A stretch of 64,000 nt of DNA, from contig OZ220714.1 in NCBI GenBank assembly GCA_965116585.1, positions 1,477,088 to 1,541,087 of the forward strand, in the 5' to 3' direction. The DNA comes from Gammaproteobacteria bacterium. Its GTDB lineage: Bacteria; Pseudomonadota; Gammaproteobacteria; Eutrophobiales; Eutrophobiaceae. A model generated the notes under the pieces. It worked only from the letters and a program-made list of their open reading frames with translations, made no database searches and had not been told where the DNA came from. Both the position numbers and the translations under genes were made by a program. The stretch's first letter is position 1. Every line of letters begins with the position of its first letter. Below, piece after piece: positions 10,588 through 18,868 of this stretch.

Positions 10588-10640
10588 GGCGGTTTTCGTG
10601 TAATTTTTCAGTTGAACTATAAAATTACACGAAAACCGCC
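10588..10640. promoter_or_regulatory. Perfect 20-bp-arm palindrome (GGCGGTTTTCGTGTAATTTT - tcagttgaactat - AAAATTACACGAAAACCGCC) abutting the start of the DUF4143 ATPase gene
   Basis: Read directly. The loop core CAGTTGAACTAT recurs in the palindrome before the paralog at 55258-55300. Confidence 0.7.
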
Positions 10641-10803
10641 TGAATTACAACCACTGATGTTGATGGTACTCGTATCAAGTACGGGGCAGGCTCTGGATTT
10701 TGGTATCCACGTTTTCCGGCTGGCTTCCAGATAAGTCGATGAAAAGTTTGATGATTATACCATACGGCCCGGTCTTTGTCCAGTCACAAAGTTCACAAAA
10801 AAG

Positions 10804-10838
10804 TTGACTTCTCCCGACATTATCGTATCAACTGATAC
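10804..10838 (+). promoter_or_regulatory. Putative sigma70 promoter (TTGACT…TATCAA) with an overlapping GTATCA-N2-TGATAC inverted repeat upstream of the HupE-like gene
   Basis: -35 TTGACT at 10804-10809. Palindrome at 10825-10838 overlaps the candidate -10. Confidence 0.35.
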
Positions 10839-10855
10839 TACCGGAGCGGGCAATA

Positions 10856-11863
10856 ATGAAACGAGCATTATCATCACTACTTCTCATCGGTTTGTGTTTC
10901 ACGCACGCGCCGGTTGTATTTGCGCATGACGGGCGGCCGCTGTTTATCAACGTCAGTGAGGCCGGCGCGGATTCGGTGCGTCTCAGTTGGAAAGCGCCGC
11001 CCGTAGTCAGCCCGGACAATGCCCCGCTTGTGGCTCTGGCGGGTTGTAACGCATTGCAGCCGTCTCAACCGCAGCCACGCCTGGCGGGAGCGGAGTTGTA
11101 TTCCTGTGCAAACGGTGTGGCCGGGAAATCCCTTGGCATAGATTACCCGCTGTTCAATCCGGCCGTGCCACCTCTGGTACGGGTGGAGTTTGCCAGCGGG
11201 GAAACGCATAGCATCATACTTGAACCCGACGTGACGGAATGGCTGGTCCCGGCGCCGGAGACCTTTGCCGGCGTCATCAAGGACTATTTCGTGCTGGGCA
11301 TGGAACATATCTTCGGTGGCATAGACCACCTGCTGTTCCTGGCCGGCCTGTTGTATATCGCCCGTACCCTGCGCCGGGTTTTAATCACCGTCACCGGCTT
11401 TACCCTGGCCCACTCCGTCACCCTGTTCCTGGTGGCGCTGGACGTGCTGCGCGTCTCCGTCCCTGCCGTGGAAACGGTAATTGCCCTGTCCATCGTCATG
11501 CTTGCCAGCGAAATCGCCCGCAATGATCGCACCACGCTCACCTGGCGTCACCCATTGCTGGTCGCCTGCGGCTTCGGCCTGGTACACGGCGCCGGCTTCG
11601 CCGCCGCGCTGACTGAGACGGGTCTGCCGCAGACGGAGAAGACCAGCGCGCTGCTATTCTTCAACCTGGGTGTGGAAGCCGGCCAACTATGTATTATTGT
11701 TGCACTCTTCACCAGCCTCTGGCTGCTTGCGCGCCTGCCCGGCTCACTGTTGCCCGCTTATGACAACCGGCCGTTGCGCCTGCTGTTCAGTTACGCACTG
11801 GGGATTGTCTCGACGTTCTGGTTTATTGAGCGATTCAGCCTGGTGTTTATACAGGAATATTGA
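10856..11863 (+). CDS. HupE/UreJ-family membrane protein (putative Ni/Co transporter) with an N-terminal periplasmic domain
   Basis: Signal peptide. GMEHIFGGIDHLLFLAGLL His-rich motif. Multiple transmembrane segments. Confidence 0.6.
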   Translation: MKRALSSLLLIGLCFTHAPVVFAHDGRPLFINVSEAGADSVRLSWKAPPVVSPDNAPLVALAGCNALQPSQPQPRLAGAELYSCANGVAGKSLGIDYPLFNPAVPPLVRVEFASGETHSIILEPDVTEWLVPAPETFAGVIKDYFVLGMEHIFGGIDHLLFLAGLLYIARTLRRVLITVTGFTLAHSVTLFLVALDVLRVSVPAVETVIALSIVMLASEIARNDRTTLTWRHPLLVACGFGLVHGAGFAAALTETGLPQTEKTSALLFFNLGVEAGQLCIIVALFTSLWLLARLPGSLLPAYDNRPLRLLFSYALGIVSTFWFIERFSLVFIQEY

Positions 11864-11871
11864 AATGGAGG

Positions 11872-13371
11872 TCAGCGCTGATAAAACGGCGGAAGCTGTG
11901 CGTCATAGTTGATCCACACGGCTTTGGGTGAGGTGTAGTCGTGCAGGCATTCAATACCCATGTCCCTGCCGTAGCCGGATTCGCCCACACCGCCGAAGGG
12001 GGAGGCGGGGTGCACCCGTTTATAGCAGTTCACCCAGACCATACCGGCGCGGATGTTCTCTGAGAACCTGTGGGCGCGTTGCAGGTTATTGGTCCACAAG
12101 CCGCTGCCCAAACCGTAATTCGTTGCATTCGCCAGTTCCAGCGCCTCAGCGTCATCCTTGAAGCGGGTTACGGAGACGAACGGGCCGAATACCTCTTCCT
12201 TGAAAACGGTATCGTCCGGCCCGGCCTCGACGATGGTCGGCTCCAGGTAATAGCCCTTGCTGAGTTCCCCGTCATCCGGTTGTTTGCCGCCACTCAGTAT
12301 GGTATTGCCCTCCCTGCGGCAAGTCTCAAGGTAGTTGAGCACCCGCTCCAGGTGCATTTTCGAGGTGAGCGGACCCATCTCGGTAGCGGGGTCCAGCGGG
12401 TTGCCCAGCCTGATGGACCTGGCCAGGGCAACGAATTTTTCCAGGAACTGATCGGCGATGGCCTCGTGCAACAGCAGGCGGGAACCGGCGATACAGGCCT
12501 GACCCTGGTTATGGAAGATGGCGAAGGCCGAACCGCCGACGGCCGCGGGCAGGGTGGCGTCCTCGAACACGATATTGGGGCCTTTGCCCCCCATCTCCAG
12601 GGAGACCCGCTTCAGGTTCCCCGCAGAAGCCTGCACGATCTTGCGGCCGGTCGCGGTGGAACCGGTAAAAGCGATCTTGTCTATGTCCGGGTGTTCGGCA
12701 ATATGCTGGCCGGCAGTGTGGCCGTAGCCGGGGACGATGTTCACGACTCCCGGTGGAAAGCCCACCTCATGCATGAGGTCCACCAGCCTGAGCGTGGACA
12801 ACGGCGTGATTTCAGAAGGCTTCATCACCACGGTATTACCGGCGGCCAGGGCCGGACCCAGTTTCCAGCTACAGAACATGATGGGGAAGTTCCAGGGCAC
12901 GATCTGCCCCACCACCCCGACCGGCTTGCGCTTCACGATGCTCAGGAAGCCCGGTTCTACCGGCACTTCCCGACCGTCTATCTTGTCGGCAATGCCGCCG
13001 AAGTAACGCAGGTTGAGCAGAGTCCGGGGCAGGTCCAGGCGCCGGGTATCCTTCAGGGGGTGGCCGGTGTCCAGGCTTTCAAGCTCCGTGAACTCATCAA
13101 AATGTTGCTCCAGTTTGTCTGCCAGTTTCATGATGAGCCGCCCCCGTTCGGAGGCAAAGGTGCTGCTCCAGTCATGAAACGCAGCCCGCGCCGCGGCAAC
13201 CGCCTGGTCCACGTCCGCCGGCCCGGCCCCGGCAATGCGGGTAATCAAGCTACCATCATGGGGGTTGATGACGTCGATAACACTGCCGTCTGCCGCGTCC
13301 ACAAACTCGCCGTTAATGAACAACTGGTTGCGGATGTTTTCGGGTTTTACGGTAAGGGCTTTATCGGGCAT
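11872..13371 (-). CDS. NAD(P)+-dependent aldehyde dehydrogenase
   Basis: ALDH motifs ELGGKGPNIVF and catalytic Cys in GQACIAGSRLL. Likely start MPDKALTV (ATG at 13369-13371); the ORF track extends to an upstream TTG. Confidence 0.9.
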   Translation of the reverse strand: MPDKALTVKPENIRNQLFINGEFVDAADGSVIDVINPHDGSLITRIAGAGPADVDQAVAAARAAFHDWSSTFASERGRLIMKLADKLEQHFDEFTELESLDTGHPLKDTRRLDLPRTLLNLRYFGGIADKIDGREVPVEPGFLSIVKRKPVGVVGQIVPWNFPIMFCSWKLGPALAAGNTVVMKPSEITPLSTLRLVDLMHEVGFPPGVVNIVPGYGHTAGQHIAEHPDIDKIAFTGSTATGRKIVQASAGNLKRVSLEMGGKGPNIVFEDATLPAAVGGSAFAIFHNQGQACIAGSRLLLHEAIADQFLEKFVALARSIRLGNPLDPATEMGPLTSKMHLERVLNYLETCRREGNTILSGGKQPDDGELSKGYYLEPTIVEAGPDDTVFKEEVFGPFVSVTRFKDDAEALELANATNYGLGSGLWTNNLQRAHRFSENIRAGMVWVNCYKRVHPASPFGGVGESGYGRDMGIECLHDYTSPKAVWINYDAQLPPFYQR

Positions 13372-13513
13372 GGTAAGTTGATATGCGCTGCCCTGAACAG
13401 CACACAAGCATGACTTCGGTCACAGGTTAAATGCAGCGTGATAGTAGCAGAACTATTGAAATACAGCAATAATGGCGGGAGAATGGGTGTTTCATAATGG
13501 GGAGGGGTAAATC

Positions 13514-13921
13514 ATGGCTAAAATCGAAGGTGGCTGCCTGTGTAGCGCCATACGTTACACCAGTGAAGCAGAACCTCTGGCAACGGTAATTTGCAACTGC
13601 ATCAATTGCCAGAAACAGACCGGGGCGGCTTATTCATTAAACATTGTCCTGCCCAAGGGTGCGCTGGATGTACAAGGTGAAATGACCACTTACGTGGATA
13701 CGGGCGACAGCGGCAAGACCCTGGATCGCAATTTCTGTGGCCGATGCGGGTCATCCATCAGCAGTGAGCCCTCAGCAGTGGGTACCATCACCGTGCTCAA
13801 GGCCGGCACCCTGGATGACACCTCCTGGGTTAAACCCGTAATGGAAATCTACTGCGACAGCGCCCAGGCCTGGACCCGCGCGCCCGTGGAGCTGCAAGCC
13901 CATCCGAAGATGATGCCGTAA
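13514..13921 (+). CDS. GFA-family protein (glutathione-dependent formaldehyde-activating enzyme / CENP-V fold)
   Basis: Cys-rich zinc-binding pattern GGCLCSAIRY…CNCINCQKQTGAAYS…CGRCGSS. GGGGAGGGG RBS. Confidence 0.8.
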   Translation: MAKIEGGCLCSAIRYTSEAEPLATVICNCINCQKQTGAAYSLNIVLPKGALDVQGEMTTYVDTGDSGKTLDRNFCGRCGSSISSEPSAVGTITVLKAGTLDDTSWVKPVMEIYCDSAQAWTRAPVELQAHPKMMP

Positions 13922-13950
13922 CGGGTACATTTCAACGTATAGTCCAAGCC

Positions 13951-14934
13951 ATGAAATATATTGAGATCACTGAATTTGGCGATCCTGATGTGCTGCGACT
14001 GCGGGAGACCGAGGCGCCTGCCCCTGGCGCCGGCCAGGTGTTGGTTAAGGTTGCCGCAGCCGGGATCAATCGTCCTGACGTCATGCAGCGCCTGGGAAAA
14101 TATCCGCCGCCGCCCGGCGCGTCCGCAATCCCGGGGCTGGAAATTGCGGGGGAGGTGGTTGAGGCTGCTGATGACGTGAGTTGGCCCGGGCCCGGGGAGC
14201 AGGTCTGTGCGCTGGTAAGTGGTGGCGGCTATGCGGAATTCGCCGTAGCCGAAGCGACCTTGTGCTTGCCTGTCCCTGCGGGCTTCTCGGCAGTAGCAGC
14301 CGCGGCCTTGCCGGAAACCTTTTTCACCGTCTGGAGTAACCTGTTTGACCGCGCCGGCCTCAAGGCGGGCGAGACGGTGTTGATCCACGGCGGCAGCAGC
14401 GGTATCGGCACGACGGCGATACAGTTGGCAAAAGCGTTCGGCGCAACTGTGTTTACCACGGCCGGCACTGAGGCTAAATGTGAGGCATGTCAGGAATTGG
14501 GCGCCGATTACACGATAAACTATACTGCACGGGATTTCGTCGAGGTATGCAAGGGTGGCACACAAGGCAAGGGCATGGACGTCATACTCGATATGGTGGC
14601 GGGCGACTATACCAATCGCAATATTGAAGCCGCCGCCGAGGAAGGGCGGTATGTCATTATCGCGGGCTTGCGCGGGTTTTCAGCCGAGGTCTCCATCCGT
14701 TCCATCATGCTCAAGCGCCTGGTGATAACGGGTTCGACCCTGCGTCCGCGGCCGGTGGACTTCAAGGCGGCGATCGCGTCCGGGTTGAAAGAGCAGGTCT
14801 GGCCGTTGCTGGAGTCCGGACAGGTGAAGCCTGTTATTCACTCTGTCCTGCCTCTTGGCGAGGCGAATGAAGGTCATCGGCTGATGGAATCGAGCCGGCA
14901 TGTCGGCAAGATCATGTTGCGGGTCCCGGATTAG
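13951..14934 (+). CDS. NAD(P)H:quinone oxidoreductase (MDR superfamily, Qor/PIG3 type)
   Basis: VLVKVAAAGINRPDVMQRLGKYPPPPGAS and the nucleotide-binding GGSSGIGT motif. Confidence 0.85.
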   Translation: MKYIEITEFGDPDVLRLRETEAPAPGAGQVLVKVAAAGINRPDVMQRLGKYPPPPGASAIPGLEIAGEVVEAADDVSWPGPGEQVCALVSGGGYAEFAVAEATLCLPVPAGFSAVAAAALPETFFTVWSNLFDRAGLKAGETVLIHGGSSGIGTTAIQLAKAFGATVFTTAGTEAKCEACQELGADYTINYTARDFVEVCKGGTQGKGMDVILDMVAGDYTNRNIEAAAEEGRYVIIAGLRGFSAEVSIRSIMLKRLVITGSTLRPRPVDFKAAIASGLKEQVWPLLESGQVKPVIHSVLPLGEANEGHRLMESSRHVGKIMLRVPD

Positions 14935-15025
14935 GAAACCCGACAAACCGTTCAACCCGCCGCCGTATTGCTTTATAATCCCTACCTGATTCTGGACATT
15001 ACAACTGACTTGAGGAGTTCGGGAA

Positions 15026-15346
15026 ATGCCGAAAATTACTTATATTGCATTCGATGGAGAGGAAACCACGGTAGCTGCCAAAGAGGGTATGAGCGTGATG
15101 CAGACTGCCGTGAACAACGGAGTTGACGGTATCGTTGCCGAATGCGGCGGCGCGTGCAGTTGCGCCACCTGTCACGTCTTCGTGGAGCAGGAATGGTTGG
15201 ATAAACTGCCCGAGGCCCAGTCCATGGAGCAGGAAATGCTGGATTTCGTCATGAATCCGCAACCCAACAGCCGCCTGAGTTGCCAGATCAAGGTGACCCC
15301 GGAACTGGACGGCCTGGTCGTACACACGCCGGAATCGCAGTATTGA
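15026..15346 (+). CDS. [2Fe-2S] ferredoxin, adrenodoxin/putidaredoxin type
   Basis: [12 protein letters not shown]…C cluster-ligand pattern, 106 aa. Confidence 0.9.
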   Translation: MPKITYIAFDGEETTVAAKEGMSVMQTAVNNGVDGIVAECGGACSCATCHVFVEQEWLDKLPEAQSMEQEMLDFVMNPQPNSRLSCQIKVTPELDGLVVHTPESQY

Positions 15347-15361
15347 CGTCTTCCCACTGGA

Positions 15362-15379
15362 TTCCTGCTTGCGCAGGAG
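15362..15379. repeat. GNRA-type hairpin TTCCTGC-TTGC-GCAGGAG between convergent genes; identical 16-mer in inverted orientation at 54146-54161
   Basis: TCCTGCTTGCGCAGGA (15363-15378) equals the reverse complement of 54146-54161. Confidence 0.5.
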
Positions 15380-15394
15380 TGGCGCAGGGAGGAG

Positions 15395-18300
15395 TTAAGC
15401 AGTCGTGGACTCCAACCAGTTTATCTGCTGGTTGACGTCGTCCACATCGGCGTCCCGGTTGGTCATAACTTGTTGCAGTGTCTGGCGCCGGCGCGCTTCG
15501 GCTGACAGAATTTCTTCCTGCCCGGTGTAACCCTCCTCAGCCAGCCAGCGTTCCAGTTCCTCGATCTTGCCGGTGCGGAAGCCGGAAACCTGCCCTGCAC
15601 GCAAGGCCTGCGTCAGCGCCATGCCGTCTTCATTCACGTCTGCGGCCAGGTTGGTAACGCGGTCCATGAACCGGTCCGAAATGACGCGGGACTGCTCCAG
15701 GGCAATCCGGTCTACAGGCTTCCCCCTGCCCCGGCGCCATAACAACGTCCAGGCGTGCACAACCGCGCCGCGCAGCCTCAGCCTGTCCCGAAGTCCGTTA
15801 TCGGCCAGCGCGCTAGCCGCCGCGTCACTGTCCAGCAGGGCCTCAAGCTGGCCCAGACTGCTGATGCGCCAGGTGTCCATAAGCTGGTACAACAACTCCA
15901 GGTCGTCACGCAACAGGTAAAACAGGTGGGTCGCGCCGGGTTCCTGGCGCGGGTTCGGCAGCGGCACGCCGAGGGCGGAGGCATAGTCCCCGGGCTCCCG
16001 ACCCTGCGGAGACGGCAGGGCAGGTGGCAAGGCGATGTCATAGTCCTGCGGGGGACGCCCCTCCTGCGGAAAACGCACTGCGGCGAGATCAATCACAGGC
16101 GGTTCATTCCCGGTAGCCTGCCGCCATAACGCGTATTCGTGACGGCGGGCAGACAGGTAGAAGATCTGGCGGCCCTCCGTTTCAGCCAGCCGTTCCAGGC
16201 TATTGGCCATCACCATGAAGCGATCTTCATCGCTGGTGGTCAGCGCTTCGTCAAGAAACAGCGGCAAAGTCTCCCCGCCCTGCTCCTGGGCCTCGGTCCA
16301 GGCCAGGCGCAAGGCAAGCAGTAGTTGCATGCGGGTGCCTGATGAGAGTTCGCCTATGTTTCTTGATGCCTTTTGTTTGATGTCCTGTGCAAGGAATACA
16401 CCGTCCTTACCCAATAGCAGGTCGAAAGCATTAGCGGTTATTTCCTGGAACAGTACCCGCGCCCGGCTCAGCACTTCCGGTTCGTTTTCATTATGGAACG
16501 CCTGTTCAACATCATTGAGCAACAGTTCAGTCGCCTCAGACATAAAGGCCTCTTCAAGCTTATCCGACAACGCGGCCTTGGCGCTGCCAACTGCGGCACG
16601 GGCCTGACTTAACTTGTGGTCCTTGCCAGCATCCGTGAGCCGTGTGGTAATTTGTGTATGTTTCCGTACCAGTTCCGCGTATTCTCCTGCCTGCTCTGAA
16701 GCCTTGTCAAAATCACTCTGCAATTTTGCTGACTCACCTTCATCGACATTCCTGATAATTTCAGGATGAGACTCAAGTCGAGAACGTATACGTTCCTCCT
16801 CGAACTCTGCTTTCTGCAGCGCCTCCCGTTTCGCTTTCCACTCATCCAGTAGCCCAAGCCGCCGGTCAAGTTCATTATGGGCGTCCGGTTCGAGTTCACA
16901 TTCAGTAAAGACCTTTTCAGTTTCGGCCAGGTTGTCTTCAATGTCTTCCTTAATCGATTTAATGTTCTCCCGGCAGCGTTTTACATCCGCCCGTGCGTCT
17001 TTCGCTTTGTTAAGACGCCGTTCCAGGTGTTGGAATGAAGCCTGTAACAGGTTAATGTCCTGTCCCTCTTCACCCCCTTCGGACACCGGAGCATCCACCC
17101 TGCGCCATTGATCGAGGAAATCACGTATCACCGCGACGTCTTCAGCAATGTCCCGAGTTACCTCAGCAAGCGCGGCTTTTGCCTGTTCCCGGTCATTTTG
17201 CGCCACAGACAATTGGCGGCAGTGTTGCATGAAGATATCGGGGCTAACACTCGGTAACTCAGGGTCAAAGCCCAGTTCTTCGGATGCCTTGTGTTTTCGT
17301 GCTTCCAGTTTCGTGATGTCCGCTTCGACCATCTTGAGTTCAGCGCGTGTCCGCTCAGCCTGTTCCGCGCTAGCCCTTTGCTCTACCAGTTCACCGTAAC
17401 GCGCGTCAACTTCTACTCGCAGGTAATCCCGCACCGTGTCGGTGGTCCAGTCCGGCGGCCCGGCGAGACCGGTCAGGCCGAAGCGTAGTTTTGCCTCGTC
17501 AGCAGACAGACCGGCGGTAGGACCGCGACGCAAGCTGAACAAACCACACACCGCGGCGATGAGCGCAACCAGCGCGGCCGTCATGGTGGACAGGGCCTGT
17601 TGCAGCCACGCCAGCAGGGAGGCAACGCCGCTGGCAACCAAGGTGGTGGCCCAAAGCACCATACGTAAACGGCGGATGGACGCTTCCGGCTGGAACCCGG
17701 ACTCTACCTTGTTCGTCGCCAGCCACTCGCGCAGGGCGCTGCCAGCGTCATACAATCTGTTTATCTCGGCGCCATCGGGAGCCTCATCGGCTTCATCGAG
17801 TTTCAGTTGATATTCCCTTTGCTTGACTTTAGCCTCTATCAGCGGGACTGCAACTGTCTCGGCCTGCTCCAGGCTTTGCGCATCAAGCCTGGGTGGTTTC
17901 CCTGCACCATTAAATTGCTCACAAGCATTTTTAAGACCACCATCAGCCTTGGCCAGTTCTGTCCGCAAGTTGTTGCGATCCACCTCTTTTACTGCCAGTT
18001 GCTGCAAGCATCTGTCGATAGTGTCCAGGCGCGCCGGGTCAGGTTGTGAGTGTTCAAAACCAGTCACTTCAAGCGCTGCCTGAGCATCATGAAGCTTACG
18101 CTTCTGTTCTCGCAATTTATCCTGTTGCGTTCCCCTTTTCTCTTCAAGGCCAGTTAGACGTTTCTGCTCATCGCCGCGTAGCTTATCCATAGCGGGAGGA
18201 TATACCTCCAGTTCTTCTGTGCAGATTTTTTTTGCCTTGATGGCTTTATGTAAATCCAGCCCATGTTGCAGACGTTGCAGGTACTCCTGCGCAGCTTTTG

Positions 18301-18868
18301 CGGTCTCCATCTCACGGTTCAGACGCGGCAACTCCTCCTGTTCCTTGCGATCCAATTCGTCATATTCTCGTTCCACCCGCCGTAGTGTCTTCTGCACAGC
18401 GTTCAGATTTTTTTCATCATTCTGCGCAAAGCGCGACCCTAATTTAATGCGTGGCGCGTCCAGATCAAGGCCACCATGCAACCTGTTACGCAACTCTCGG
18501 GCAAAATCGCGGTCGCGGTCATCGTCCATCAGCAAGTGTTCTACGGACAGACGATACATGCCTTTCTGGCCGATACCGGGCAGTGCGGGCGGCATCGCGG
18601 CATTGCCGTCCCGGTACCAGCTTACCTGGCTACCGTTGCGCCGCACACGCCAGGTGCTGTCGCTGCTGACCAATTCGGCCTCCAGGGACAAGGCAATCGG
18701 GTCTTCCCTGCGCGCGCCGCGCAGCAGGTAGCCCAGCGCCCGCTCCAGGCTGCTTTTACCGATGGCGTTCGGCCCGGTGACAATATTGACGCCTTCCCCG
18801 GCAGGCGTAAAGGCAAATCCCGGCTCAATACCGGGCAACGTATGGATTTTGAGTTGTTTGAGATACAT
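15395..18868 (-). CDS. SMC-like AAA ATPase of the YhaN/SbcC type
   Basis: N-terminal Walker A NIVTGPNAIGKSSL. Very long coiled-coil regions. Central hydrophobic segment (LVASGVASLLAWL…LVALIAAVCGLFSL). C-terminal signature/Walker B (SSGTRMQ…LFLDEALTTSDEDRF). Then a ~280-aa extension with no recognisable motif. Likely start MYLKQLKI at 18866-18868, overlapping the upstream stop (TGATG). Confidence 0.8.
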   Translation of the reverse strand: MYLKQLKIHTLPGIEPGFAFTPAGEGVNIVTGPNAIGKSSLERALGYLLRGARREDPIALSLEAELVSSDSTWRVRRNGSQVSWYRDGNAAMPPALPGIGQKGMYRLSVEHLLMDDDRDRDFARELRNRLHGGLDLDAPRIKLGSRFAQNDEKNLNAVQKTLRRVEREYDELDRKEQEELPRLNREMETAKAAQEYLQRLQHGLDLHKAIKAKKICTEELEVYPPAMDKLRGDEQKRLTGLEEKRGTQQDKLREQKRKLHDAQAALEVTGFEHSQPDPARLDTIDRCLQQLAVKEVDRNNLRTELAKADGGLKNACEQFNGAGKPPRLDAQSLEQAETVAVPLIEAKVKQREYQLKLDEADEAPDGAEINRLYDAGSALREWLATNKVESGFQPEASIRRLRMVLWATTLVASGVASLLAWLQQALSTMTAALVALIAAVCGLFSLRRGPTAGLSADEAKLRFGLTGLAGPPDWTTDTVRDYLRVEVDARYGELVEQRASAEQAERTRAELKMVEADITKLEARKHKASEELGFDPELPSVSPDIFMQHCRQLSVAQNDREQAKAALAEVTRDIAEDVAVIRDFLDQWRRVDAPVSEGGEEGQDINLLQASFQHLERRLNKAKDARADVKRCRENIKSIKEDIEDNLAETEKVFTECELEPDAHNELDRRLGLLDEWKAKREALQKAEFEEERIRSRLESHPEIIRNVDEGESAKLQSDFDKASEQAGEYAELVRKHTQITTRLTDAGKDHKLSQARAAVGSAKAALSDKLEEAFMSEATELLLNDVEQAFHNENEPEVLSRARVLFQEITANAFDLLLGKDGVFLAQDIKQKASRNIGELSSGTRMQLLLALRLAWTEAQEQGGETLPLFLDEALTTSDEDRFMVMANSLERLAETEGRQIFYLSARRHEYALWRQATGNEPPVIDLAAVRFPQEGRPPQDYDIALPPALPSPQGREPGDYASALGVPLPNPRQEPGATHLFYLLRDDLELLYQLMDTWRISSLGQLEALLDSDAAASALADNGLRDRLRLRGAVVHAWTLLWRRGRGKPVDRIALEQSRVISDRFMDRVTNLAADVNEDGMALTQALRAGQVSGFRTGKIEELERWLAEEGYTGQEEILSAEARRRQTLQQVMTNRDADVDDVNQQINWLESTTA

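Noticed and set aside
12070-13413. 447-aa ORF antisense to the aldehyde dehydrogenase gene
   Set aside because: Fully embedded antisense to a strongly supported ALDH gene. Arg/Gly/Pro-rich translation typical of GC-rich antisense frames.
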